From Tubulanus polymorphus (Eukaryota; Animalia; Nemertea): 64,000 nt of DNA. The notes under the pieces are model-generated. The model did no database searches. It worked only from the letters and a program-made list of their open reading frames with translations, and was not told the origin of the DNA. Position numbers and translations under genes: made by a program. Of the stretch, positions 14,250 to 26,522 are shown in pieces. The stretch is from NCBI RefSeq assembly GCF_964204645.1, contig NC_134032.1:434001-498000 (forward strand), read 5' to 3'. The first letter of the stretch is position 1. Each line of letters begins with the position of its first letter.

Positions 14250-15090
14250 GCGGTCAAGTCATGTGTTAAGCTTAACCCTAACACGGCGCAATATTTTGCG
14301 GCTGATAGAGGGTTAAGGCAAGGTGAAAATTGTTCACCTATTCTATTCTATTCTATTTCCTTATTTTGAAACGATATCGAAGACGGATATTCTAGCGCGC
14401 GGTAAACCATCTTACGTAGTCGTTTATCGGAAAAACTAAATTTGAAATGTGATTCAGAACTTGGGACTTTACTTGATGTATGCATTATCCTTTACTCGGA
14501 TGAGACGGAAGATGAACAAGAAAACTAACTTAAAAGTTTATTGACGCCTTGAAAACTAACACGTTGCTTTATACTGCCGACGTTTAAAAAAGATGATATT
14601 AATTACACGTGTATATGATATCAGGGATAACTAAAGTAATTTTAGATTTGAACATATCAATAATTGAATTAAATTGACCGGCAACCAGTCTAAAGAAGAT
14701 ATTGATGACGTAGCACACATCCTCACAAAAATAATCATCAAAATTATGCAAAAATAAGAGTCATGAAAATATCTAGTTACAAAATGCCACAATTCACAAT
14801 TTTGAAACGCCAGTGATGACGTTAAGCACATTGACTCCATACAGAACCCTTCAAATAACGCATACTAGGTATCAATGTATATAAACATTAATTGTAACGG
14901 TTTTTTACGGCGTCAGATACGTTTAGACATACTATTTGAATATCACAATGGCGGTGAATGGTGATAAAACTAAAATATGAGTCTTCGCTTGAATAAATAG
15001 TTGGATAAGACAAATTTCGAAATTTATGTTTGGTAACTAGGAGATAGAGCTAGTCGAGGATTATGTGTACCTCGGAGTAAAAATTATCTG
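14250..15090 (+). mobile_element. Degenerate LINE reverse transcriptase remnant
   Basis: GLRQGENCSPILF (RT motif), YSDE (YADD-like) and VEDYVYLGV, with frameshifts and stops. Confidence 0.7.
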
Positions 15091-15109
15091 AAATGATAGT
15101 TTCGCTAAA

Positions 15110-16128
15110 GCAAAATTAAAGGATAATTACTTAAGTCGAAATGATGTTTCACTGTTGTTAGGTCATTTGTTTTTATCCTTAAAATGTACGAATCTGTATT
15201 TAAAATCATCAATGGAAATCCACAATAAAATGTTCCATCTTCAGTTGATAAATCATAAACATAATCTGTTGCTCTTGGATTTGATATTTCAAAACAATCT
15301 CTCATTTCTTCTGTTCATCCTTTTTCAGTGTGGCTTAAATCATATTCTTTTGGTCTATTTTTTCTCAATCCTAATGATGAGCATGATATATTTAATCAAC
15401 TTTCACGCATTTTCCGTTTTGAACGAATCGAATTGTTTTATTTTTTGTGAATCGTTTTGTTCCATCAGCAGGGGAGCGTAGAATCCAATGAAATACAATT
15501 TTCTTAATTAATTATGGTGCATTTAATACATAATCTGGAATTAATTATCATTTCTCTTTTTTATCTATAATTGATTCCATCAATATAAAATTCATTACTG
15601 TAGCAAACTCTTTAGGTTTCAAAACATTTTAAGAAATAACATAACTACTTCACGATATTTCTAAATTTTTTAAGTTTTAAATCTTGATTACATAAACACC
15701 ACCAAAAAGAGTAGAACTAACTACTAATAACTATCTGCTGAGCCATCTCCGGCGAAAAATCCTTTAAAGAAATATTCTTTTACTTCTAATGTTTCAGGTT
15801 CTATGTTATAGATATTTCCATGTAAAATTAATTTCAAATAGATTAAGTTCTTGAAACTGTTTTTTAAATAGCTTAAATTTTTTTTGATGTTTTAGTGATT
15901 AAAGATGTCCATTATGATTCCATTTTGTTATAAATTCATCACAGACTTCACACTGAATTTCATCTCTTTTTATATTGTTTCATTGTTCTTGTCCTTCATT
16001 GGGAATTTCTGGAGCTTCAAATCTATAACATTCTGTTTGTGTTTTATAGATTTTTCATGTTGAGATTTATTTATTATACTGATATATCTTTAACAATACG
16101 CGCAACGATATTCATTTTTATCATCCAT
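15110..16128 (-). pseudogene. Polinton/Maverick-type family B DNA polymerase remnant with LAGLIDADG intein (copy 1)
   Basis: Minus strand: Zn-finger-like start (MDDKNEYRCAYC...HEKSIKH; CEVC...GHL*SLKH), LAGLIDADG motif FKGFFAGDGS (15762-15742), WCLCNQDL, IPDYVLNAP...YFIGFYA..ADG, intein C-terminus DYVYDLSTEDGTFYCGFPLMILN, then extein TDSYILRIKTNDL...FDLSNYP. Confidence 0.8.
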
Positions 16129-16505
16129 TTTTTTGATTGGTTCTCACTGCCTCCCATTTATAAAGAATACAAATTATCTGTGCGGGCTATTGCGGGCGAG
16201 TCAGCCTCTCTTCCTCTGGCTTGAAACCCTGATTTTGCAATTACTCATCGATGACAATCAAACTGAGGACATTTATTATCTTAACGTTTAATCAAATGGA
16301 AGCCGTTTGGCAGTCAAAATGAGGACTAGAAACCATTTTGATAATCAACCGTCAAACTGAGAACATATATTATCTGGAAGTTCCATAAGAGAAACCTTTA
16401 TGACAATCAACAGTCGAACCCAGGACAAACACGTATACAAGTATGCTTTACAAAATAATTACCTTCACCGATAATTGTAGCAGATTCCCGATCCTTTCTA
16501 GGGTC

Positions 16506-16767
<262 letters not shown>

Positions 16768-17425
16768 GAACGTTTCTCAATCACCGCTGCTGTGACGTTT
16801 ACTAGAATGAAAAAAGGTCTGAGGATGATTTTTAGTTAGAAATTCCGATAAGAAATACATTTGTGAGAACTTAACTCTGTCTGTGGTCTGTTATTAGAAA
16901 GTCAACTGTTCTAACTCTGCCTCGTTTCTAGTGAAAGGGCTGCGTGGGTGGGGGTTATAAGAAAGAATTACTCAGTTATTCTAATGTACACCACTATTGA
17001 AATTTTGAGATGCTACCAATGAGTTATTTGAAAATCAGTTCATGTTTTAGATTTTCCGAGCAAAATTAGCAATACTTGATATTGTTTGGAAAATGTAGTG
17101 CTTAGCTTTCATAAACCACGACAGAAGAAAATACCGATACACCGGTATCGATATCTTTCCAAGCGACTTTAACGTCGAATAACCTGGAGCCGCAGTCGGG
17201 AATTCGATAAGTCATAAAAATAATGCCGTAGGGAAAGGATTTTAATTGGAAAATATGATATGCATGTATACCGCGGTCGTCATCGCTGTAGTGAGGAATC
17301 CACAACAAACTCCATCTTCAATTATGTGACTGCATACCAGCATCGAATTTGCTTATTTGATGTATTGCGGCTGCAAGTATAGATATCTTCACCAAAGAAC
17401 TTTCACGGTTGTGATGGTACTTGCT

Positions 17426-20400
17426 ATGAAGCAGCGACTGAAAGTGCTGTTTATAGCGTCGCTGATCGTTTGTCAAGTTCGCATCGCACGCGCTGATCGC
17501 TCCGACTCTATCGAGGAATCATCTGTGACGGTCAGTTCGTCTTGTAACAACACGTGGTACTCCGTCGATTCTTCGTCCGGTTACATCATTTCACCGAATT
17601 ATCCGTCGTTAACGCGCGGTGTTGAATGTCGTTGGTTCGTCAACAGCTCTTCACCGGGAACTTTTCGCGTCCAAGTTTACTACAATATTGAGACGTCAAT
17701 ATTCTGTAGTGATAATTATCTCCTCGTACACGAGTCTGATACCAGAATCTGCGGTGACGGAATGCATGACATTCACCGTAACAATTCGATCTCGTTGATG
17801 TTTAGGAGTAAAGTCGATGGTCCACGAGGTAGTCGCGTTTATATCGTGTATCGTATGAATCGGAATCAGTTGAGAATCAGTCATCGCTGCAGGAACTGGA
17901 GTTTCAAAGTGAATGAATTAAAAACACCAAGCGGATACAAATTCTCGATGTACCTTCATCACCAATGCCAATTATTCATGGAATGGGACGCCCTACCGCA
18001 TGGTTTAGGAATGAATTTGACCTTCGTTGATACGGAGCTAAACATAATACCTGGCGCTAACGTCGATCCAGCGACGAGTTTTCGAATCTATGATAGCTGG
18101 AACACCAGCATTGAACCGATAGCGTTTATAGGCGCACAACGCGGACAGCAGCCGTCATCGTTTTATACCAAAACAAACAAAGCCGCGATTGCTGCGTCAA
18201 ATCAACTTATGACAACGACAAAACTTTTAGTCCAGATGTACAAAATATCCGATTGGAACGTCACTAATCCGTTGATTCAGATCTCTGACAACGAATCGGG
18301 AGTGCTCATTCCCGATGACAACAGTTTACACGTAGTAACTCGATCAAAACACTTACACTGCTGGTCTATCACAGTGCAGGTGTTACAGTACGTCGTATTC
18401 AACTGGACACGTGATCTCAGCACATCCAGTGACGTCATCGGTGTATATAAGCTAGAAGGGTTACGCGTTGTAGGAACTGGTATTTTACTCGGTTACAACT
18501 ACCTGGAATCGCTGAGTATCAAATCCGACGGCTTTCTCGTTATACTGTGCGTTCTAACGAAGCCCGATATCGCAGAATCGAGTTTAACCATACATTTCAG
18601 TAAAAAATCGCTTTCGATGTCACAACTCCGCATCAAGGTGGGAAGGGTAGGTGTCGAAATCATGTAAATGTTATCGCCTTCAAATTCTCGAGAAAAATAG
18701 TGCGTACTTAAGATATTATACCATAAAATAAGTTTCTATTGATCTTATTCTTATCCATTTTAGATAGATCGCATGTTGGGGACGCAGAAACTGCGGTCTT
18801 CTTCGCTATTTCCATTTCAATCTACACGTAAGATGTTGGAATATCGTATTGTCAAGTATGATTTCGAATGGAAAGTTGAGATTTTTGAAAGTGAACTGGA
18901 ATTAAAGGTGCTGTCTGTGAATTGTGAGAATGCTGGATTTTACATATATGACGGTGGTTATTTCACAGCCACACGCTACGGTCCGTATTGTCCCAGTGCG
19001 TCACTTTTTCATTATCGACGAAGTATTGTCAGTCTGATTACATCAGGTGGCCCGGTTATGGTAGTAGCATATATCTACAACTACCAGGGCAAGAGCTTGG
19101 TAAGTTATGAGGCTAGTTTGAAGTTACGTCCATCTGACTGCGACGGTTACATCCTTCTGGAAAAAGGAGAAAACCAGTTAACAGTGACGTCACACGGTGT
19201 CATGATTACACCTAAAAATCGGTGGCTCGCGTTACATAACTTATATATAATATCGACGAACGCATATGAAATAAGCTCTTGTTCGCCTGATCATATGCCA
19301 AAAGACAGACGATGCCATACTTACATATCGCTCAGCAGGCAGCGTCTTAATAACAGTCTCGTACTGCACACTGTGACATTTGGGAAGGCGTATTTGTTCT
19401 GGAGATACCCGTATATTATTGAACTGCGGAGTGTCTGTCAAACATTGAAAAAATATAACTGGCCAATTGACTGGACCAGGCGAAATGAAGACTGTGGAAT
19501 CATTCAGTCACCGAACTATCCAGGAAAAACTGATACGTCACGTGTTGTATTAACATACGATTTGGCTTTCCGAAAGAACAGGACACGAATTCAGTATTAT
19601 AGATTTATTGTAAAACATGTAGAAATAACGCCATGCATCAAGCGATCCCGACAAGATTTAGACTCGGTTTTATTCGTCCAGTTAGTAAATCGAGACAACT
19701 CTAAATTTGGTAGACACGAAATCAAACTATGCGAATCGTACGGACCGGGAGTAGTATTTTACAGCTTAATAGAACACGAACTGTGGATTGAGGTGAAAAA
19801 CAGAACACCTAAATTCCGTATACAATACACTTTGGAAAAGCAGTTAGTGAAAAAACTGCGCGATGATGTGTGTAAACCAGGATTTTTAGATTCAGGATAT
19901 TCCTGCGTAAAATACATCAGAGATGAACGTCTGAATTGGGAAAATGCTGAATTGTACTGTAGACAGAAGTACGCGGGACATCTTCTCAGCATCAACTCAG
20001 AACGGGATATGTACAATATCAAGACGTTATTTGCTATACGTCCTTTGATCTCACAGGCATATTCACAGAATGCGCTCATAATGATGATTGGACTGAAATT
20101 ACAGGTATTTTCCAGAACTAAAAACAATCCCCTTTCTGAAAATCTGTTTTCATCGTATCTTTTGTATCTCATTTTCAGCAAAATAATAGCTATTACATGT
20201 GGACTGATGGAAAACCTTTGAGTTATACAGAGTGGTACAAACCAACAGATAACGACACAATTCCTGAAGTTATTCGAGGATTGATATCCCCTTTAAGAAA
20301 ACAACCGATAAATGACGTCAATGTGCGGTGTACGGCGATGATACTGAATAATCCACGAGGATCAGCGAACTGGGTTCGATTCCCTTGCGGAGTAAAAGAG

Positions 20401-23400
20401 GTCCATACGAGTTTCATTTGTGAAACAGAAAGACATGGCATCGAAATGAAGGCGGAATTGAATTCAACTATGAGCTCAGGTGAAAATACCACCATCGATT
20501 TGAAATATGGAATTAACAGCACATTTGAGATGCGACCAAGTTTACTCGAGACGACTGGTTTCAATATCACCGGCTGTACGTTCGGTTGGATTAGCATAGA
20601 TAAACAATGCTATCAAATACTGACAGACTGGAATAATCATCGGGGTTTAGATAAAAATACTGCGATAGAAATGTGTCGAAAAATCCGTGGTGAAATTGGA
20701 ATGCTAACGAGTTATACAGAAAAAGAAACTATGAACCTAATGAGACAATTTCACTATCAACATCAATACGGTTCTATACTAACGATGACTTCTAATGACA
20801 GACTGCACGTTATAAGCCCAATAATAACTAGAGATAGAATAACTTATATTCAATCACTTAAATGGACGATAAAAAATTTCGATAAATTGGCTGATACTGT
20901 ACATTCAGTTTTGTGTTCCTACAATGTAACCGACCAAGAGTTAGTTTCTATAAGCCGATGTAAACCGTGGCAGTTCATATGTAACGATCAAAGATGCATC
21001 AGCGACCATCGCGTATGTGATACCAGACACGACTGTCAACACGGTGAAGATGAACTCAATTGTACGGATATCAGTTTACACAGTCAGTTCCGCTGCAACG
21101 ATGGACAGGTGATATCAATAAGTGGTTTCTGTGATTTCATCCTGGAGTGTGAGGATGGTTCTGATGAGAATTCGTGTTTCCATCCTACGTGCTTGTCCGA
21201 ACAATTTCACTGCGATAGTGGTCAGTGTATAAGTATGTCGAATAGATGTGACGGAGTCAATCATTGTAAAGACGGCTCTGACGAAGTAGAATGCACCGCT
21301 GAACTGTGTCAGGGTTTCCTGTGTAACAGTGGAGACTGTATCAGTTCTCAGTTGTATCAGGATGGTGTCGTGGATTGCACCGGAAGTCTAGAAGAGGATG
21401 AATCAGTAACAACTACCAATGTAACGCTGAATCCTACGTTTCAGTGCAATACTGAAAACTACTGCACGACTAACTTCACAAACTTGTGCGCGGAATCTGA
21501 TGAACAAAGATGTTCTTTCCATTCTCCTCATTGTTATTCAAGACGTCACAGATGTATTCTAGAAAGAATGACGGATGGTTACCCAGTTTGTAGAAATCTT
21601 GAGCACGTGTTGAGATGTGAAGAATTTCAATGTCCAGCTGGTACTGCAAAATGTCCAGCATCGTACTGTATACCGATCAGACAGGTGTGCGATGGTCAAA
21701 CAGACTGTCCCAATTCAGAAGATGAGTTAAACTGCGAGACATTTTCATGCCCAGGAATGTTTAAATGCGGCCACGAAAATCGATGTATTCCACAGTCTGA
21801 CGTGTGCGACGGTGTTGTAGATTGTAAAAATACCACTGACGACGAGGCTTTCTGTAACGTTACGTGTCCTGAAAATTGTACATGTCAAGGACATTTGATT
21901 GAATGCCACAATTCACGGTTATCAGATATCAGTGAAATCTTCCCAGCATCAGCACGAGTTTTAATTTTGTCAAGTAATCAAATCATCTTTGATGTCTTCT
22001 CATTTTGCAAATACTTTTATCTTCGTATTCTCAACATCTCCTCCAACGAGTTACCTTTTCTTTTGCCAAACTCGTTCTCAAACCTACATAATCTACACTC
22101 ATTAGACCTAACATATAATAACATAACATCATTATCCACAGAAACATTCACCGGTTTATATAGTTTGAAACAGTTATTCATAACTGAAAATCCACTTCGC
22201 GATATAGAGGACGATACCTTCCAAGATTTGAAATCTCTCAGAGTTCTCGATCTCCACGGACTTTCCTTATTGGTGCTTGGTAGAAATGTATTTCAAGGTT
22301 TATCTGCATTGCAGTCGTTGAATATCAGCAGTAACAGAATACATCATATTTCACGATATGCTTTTTCTGGATTAACTACTCTTGAAACACTTGATATAAC
22401 CAATAATTATGAAGTCATATCTGTCGAGAAGAATGTTTTTGACAATCTGACAGCGTTGGTCTTTCTAACGTCTGATGCTTATAAATTTTGCTGCATGGCC
22501 CCGAATGTTGACAAGTGCCTTCCTGAAGCTGATCAATTTTCCTCGTGTTCTGATCTGATGGGTAACACGGCCCTCAGAGCTATCATCTGGGTGATCGCTT
22601 CATTCAGTTTTTTCGCTAACGGAATTGTAATTTCTCTTCGTATTCAAGCGATTCGATTCTCGCTAAATCCATCCTCAGACATCATCATCATCAATGTTGC
22701 TGTGTGTGATTTTATGATGTCTATATATTTGTTTCTGATCGCTGGAGCCGATTACATTTACAAAGGCATTTACTTTCTCAACTCAGAATCATGGACGGAC
22801 AGTTTGTTTTGCCGTCTTGCTGGGATCGTGGTGTGTATTTCGTGTGAAGGCTCATTGACATTTTTACTAATCATGACGCGTCATAGATTTTCAAATATCG
22901 TTAATCCATTTTCTGGAAGCAAGATGACATCTCCGAGATATGTGTCAATCGTTTGCTGTTTATGTTGGATTTTCTTGAGTGTCGTGGCATTACTACCCCT
23001 TTTTCCTATATCTTACTTTGGAAGGAATTTTTACGGTGCTACCGGAGTTTGTTTACCGTTGAATTTGATTTCAATTGATGTCCACGCCTGGCAATATTCA
23101 TTGGTTATTTTTTCTCTGTCTAATTCTCTCATACTTGCTACGATAATGACGACATACGCTCAAATGTACCGACTCGTATCCGGAAGCAGGGCTGGATCGG
23201 GTAGAGCTGATCCTACTGAACTGGTTTTGGCACGCAGGAGTTTGGTGATAAATCTGTGTAATTTATTTTGCTGGCTGCCGTTAATTATCGTTCAGTTCTG
23301 CGCGGTATTACGAGTCGAAATACCGAATCAGGTGGCGGCTTGGCTGGCGGTTCTTTTCTTGCCGATCAACTCGTCCCTCAATCCCCTACTTTACACTATA

Positions 23401-23463
23401 CTGACTATTGATATGAAATCCATACGTGCAAAGACAAAACGCAGGCAACATAAGAGAAAATAA
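17426..23463 (+). CDS. GRL101-like LDLa-LRR GPCR with CUB and C-type lectin ectodomains, ~1950 aa; exons 17426-18646, 18764-20104, 20179-23463
   Basis: Signal peptide; CUB motifs (GYIISPNYP, GIIQSPNYP); CTL (WENAELYC..HLLSI..IGL|..WTDG) spanning a phase-0 intron; multiple LDLa repeats (CDxxxDCxDGSDE); LRRNT and LRRs; hinge YKFCC...FSSCSDL; 7TM ending LPINSSLNPLLY. Both introns GT-AG, phase 0. Confidence 0.9.
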
Positions 23464-23829
23464 CAGATAAGATATCTACAGCCTTTGGCCTATTTATCCG
23501 TGAAGTGTATCTATTGCAATTCATTGTTATCTATTGCAATTAACATAAAATTTCATTGAGAAGGCAAATCTCAGAGAACTATTAATTTCACATCACACAA
23601 TTCCTATACATTGAAATTATCAAACAAAATTCACTGAAACTAATATTCTAATCGCGCATAATTGATCGCAAAAATGAAACAATAAAATCAATTTCCAATT
23701 TCGCCATGAAATATGTAAATTGGTTTCCGTGTTAGGATTTACGGCGTTCAGTTCTGCATTTCAAAATCGAAAACCAGGAGTTCAATTTCGCATTATTGCA
23801 GTAGAAAGAGAATTTTACAACGATAACAA

Positions 23830-25620
23830 GAGGCCGACGGGTCTTGGTATTGGTAGATTATACTGTGGTAAGGTATCGAGTGGTTAATGTTTTATATCTC
23901 CCGGCAAATGTTCAATGACAATGTTGGTTTTGAGGATCATATACGTAACGTCAATTTGTCTTTACATGCAAATGGTTGGCTGTCATCACCCAAGCCGTAC
24001 TTGATTTCCCTGGTTCGAGTGATAGGTGTTAGGAGGTTGCTGCCGGTCATAATGGAATGTAGTTTCGGTTATCAGTGGGATCATTAGATTTTGCCTACGT
24101 AACCCCTGACCCCGATAAATAGACTGCTCTAAAATTGTACCTTCGATCGCGAGTACGCTCAGAATGACGTGATCTCTGACAATAATTGCAGTAAGGCATT
24201 ACTGATGCCAACCTATTATTTGACCGAGAAGTTAGGTAGGCCTGCATAGATTTTTTTAAAATCTATTAAGAACAGCAGAAATACCCATCCTCGATGGGTT
24301 GGAAAATTCTGAAAATTTTTGTTTGTAGAAAAATAACTGCCTAATAAATCCCGATTGACCTTTCCAATTAAAGCTCATCAAGCAATGTCATGTCCTCGGT
24401 CTATAACAGTAAATGTTTTTGCAATTTGTTCTCCCAGTACTGAGAGTGACTGGTATACCCCTCCTTAGTTTAAATAGGCTCCTTAAATATCAGCCTGACA
24501 AAATCCCAATTAACCATTTACTATACTGCCAACGTCTGGTGGAATCTTCTTGGATTTTGGGAATTTAAATACGGGTGGAATAAGACCCTGGGGCCAGTTG
24601 CACAGTTGTGACTTAAGTCCATAATAGGTCTTAAATCTTAAGACTGGTTTTAAGTTGTTAGATTGACTATAGAACGAAGTTGGTCTTAAGTCTAAGCCAT
24701 GACTTTGCAACTGGTCCCAGGATCCAAATGAAATTGTTATCTTTACCATAAGAATGAATACAAGCAAAGTTTCATGACCAATGAATAGATTTCGCACAAA
24801 CTGGTCATGACAGTTTCTCCTTTATAGTATAGATTTCATTTAATCATGCTCTTTCCCTTTACGAGCGGATACTGAGCGCGATACAGGAGGACCTTGTTGT
24901 GTAAATTATTGCTGATTAACAGCCTCATCAATCGTTGAGTTAAAACAAACTTCTTCAAATCCGTCCGTAACCCTAACAAGAAGACTTGCAATCGCGTCTG
25001 AGGAGTGGTTTTCAATTTAGCAAACTTAGAGGTGAGGTCCTCCAAGTATGACTTCACCGGCTAATTCGGTCCCTGTTTATGGACATGTAACACGCTTGCT
25101 CTTGCTTCTAGTGAAGTTCTTTTGGGTCTAACTTTGCCAGCAGCCCCTCTTCAACAAACGAGTACGTGTCTGGACCTAGACATTGATAAGTCAAAGTTAT
25201 AACGTCATCTTGCCACGTCCGTCAAATATGCCGGCAGCACTGCTGGAGCATCCTCTGACCAACCAGACCCTCAAAATCACGAATGAACTGACCGAAATCA
25301 CCCGAGGCCTTACCATCAAATTTCTGTCGCTTAGGTGGGTGGAGTGCGGGTCTAGGAAAATTGATTACTGAATTCAAAGTGTTTTGGTGTGATCCAGCCT
25401 GCGCTGCATTGATAGGTGGGTTCGGGGGAACGGGTGACGATATAGTCGCAGGCGGCCTGGAAAAGTATTGTTCGGCAGACATGAGCTTTTCTGCCGAACA
25501 AGTACAATCAATAACAGCATGGATTGACTGCACATGGATCCTAGGGACAGGTTCCATTGCTTCATGTAGTGCTCGACGAAATAGTATTTGAGGAGCGGCC
25601 AGAGCTAGGGAAAGTATGTC
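23830..25620 (-). mobile_element. Degenerate LTR retrotransposon gag(-protease) remnant
   Basis: KFDGKASGDFGQFIRDFE and VKSYLEDLTSKFAKL...FLLGLRTDLKKFV resemble the retrotransposon gag capsid; GWVFL-like segment further downstream; interrupted by a MITE. Confidence 0.55.
24591..24717. mobile_element. Short palindromic MITE (gggccagttgcacagt...tgcaactggtcc); copies at 44107-44244, 55607-55746, 61354-61447
   Basis: Inverted termini, internal cttaagac/gtcttaag repeats, CWG-like flanks. Confidence 0.8.
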
Positions 25621-25649
25621 GAAGAGGGATGGGCACGGACTAGAAGAGA

Positions 25650-26367
25650 GTGGGTCTCCCACCCGTCAGGAGACACCGTTCAGACTGGAAGAGTGGGTCT
25701 CACACCCGTCAGGAGACACCGTTCAGACTGGAAGAGTGGGTCTCACACCCGTCAGGAGACACCGTTCAGACTGGAAGAGTGGGTCTCCCACCCGTCAGGA
25801 GACACCGTTCAGACTAGAAGAGTGGGTATCCCACCCGTCAGGAGACACCGTTCAGACTGGAAGAGTGGATCTCCCACCCGTCAAGAGACACCGTTCAGAC
25901 TGGAAGAGTGGGTCTCCCACCCGTCAGGAGACACCGTTCAGACTGGAAGAGTGGGTCTCACACCCGTCAGGAGATACCGTTCAGACTGGAAGAGTGGGTC
26001 TCCCACTCGTCAGGAGACACCGTTCAGACAGGAAGAGTGGGTCTCCCACCCGTCAGGAGACCCCGTTCAGACTGGAAGAGTGGGTCTCACACACGTCAGG
26101 AGACACCGTTCAGACTGGAAGAGTGGGTCTCCCACCCGTCGGGAGATACCGTTCAGACTGGAAGAGTGGACCTCACACCCGTCAAGAGACACCGTTCAGA
26201 CTGGAAGAGTGGGTCTCCCACCCGTCAGGAGACACCGTTCAGACTGGAAGAGTGGGTCTCACACCCGTCAGGAGACACCGTCCAGACTGGAAGAGTGGAT
26301 CTCACACCCGTCAGGAGACACCGTTCAGACTGGAAGAGTGGATCTCCCACCCGTCAGGAGATACCGC
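25650..26367. repeat. 43-bp minisatellite, ~17 copies
   Basis: Unit GTGGGTCTCCCACCCGTCAGGAGACACCGTTCAGACTGGAAGA with period 43 (25650, 25693, 25736...). Confidence 0.97.
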
Positions 26368-26522
26368 TATTCCTCGTATATTTATGACTACTCTTATCGC
26401 TGTTTCGTGTTATCAGTGACGCGTGGTTTATACAGCAAGACACGTGAGAGATCTGCCCGCGCACGTGAGGTCACGAGATCACGCATGCGCACTCTACAGC
26501 TAGAAAACCACCCACCGACAAC

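Noticed and set aside
15155-15481. Plus-strand 108-aa and 121-aa ORFs (also 32193-32558)
   Set aside because: Antisense shadows of the intein/PolB remnant; the recognisable motifs are on the - strand.
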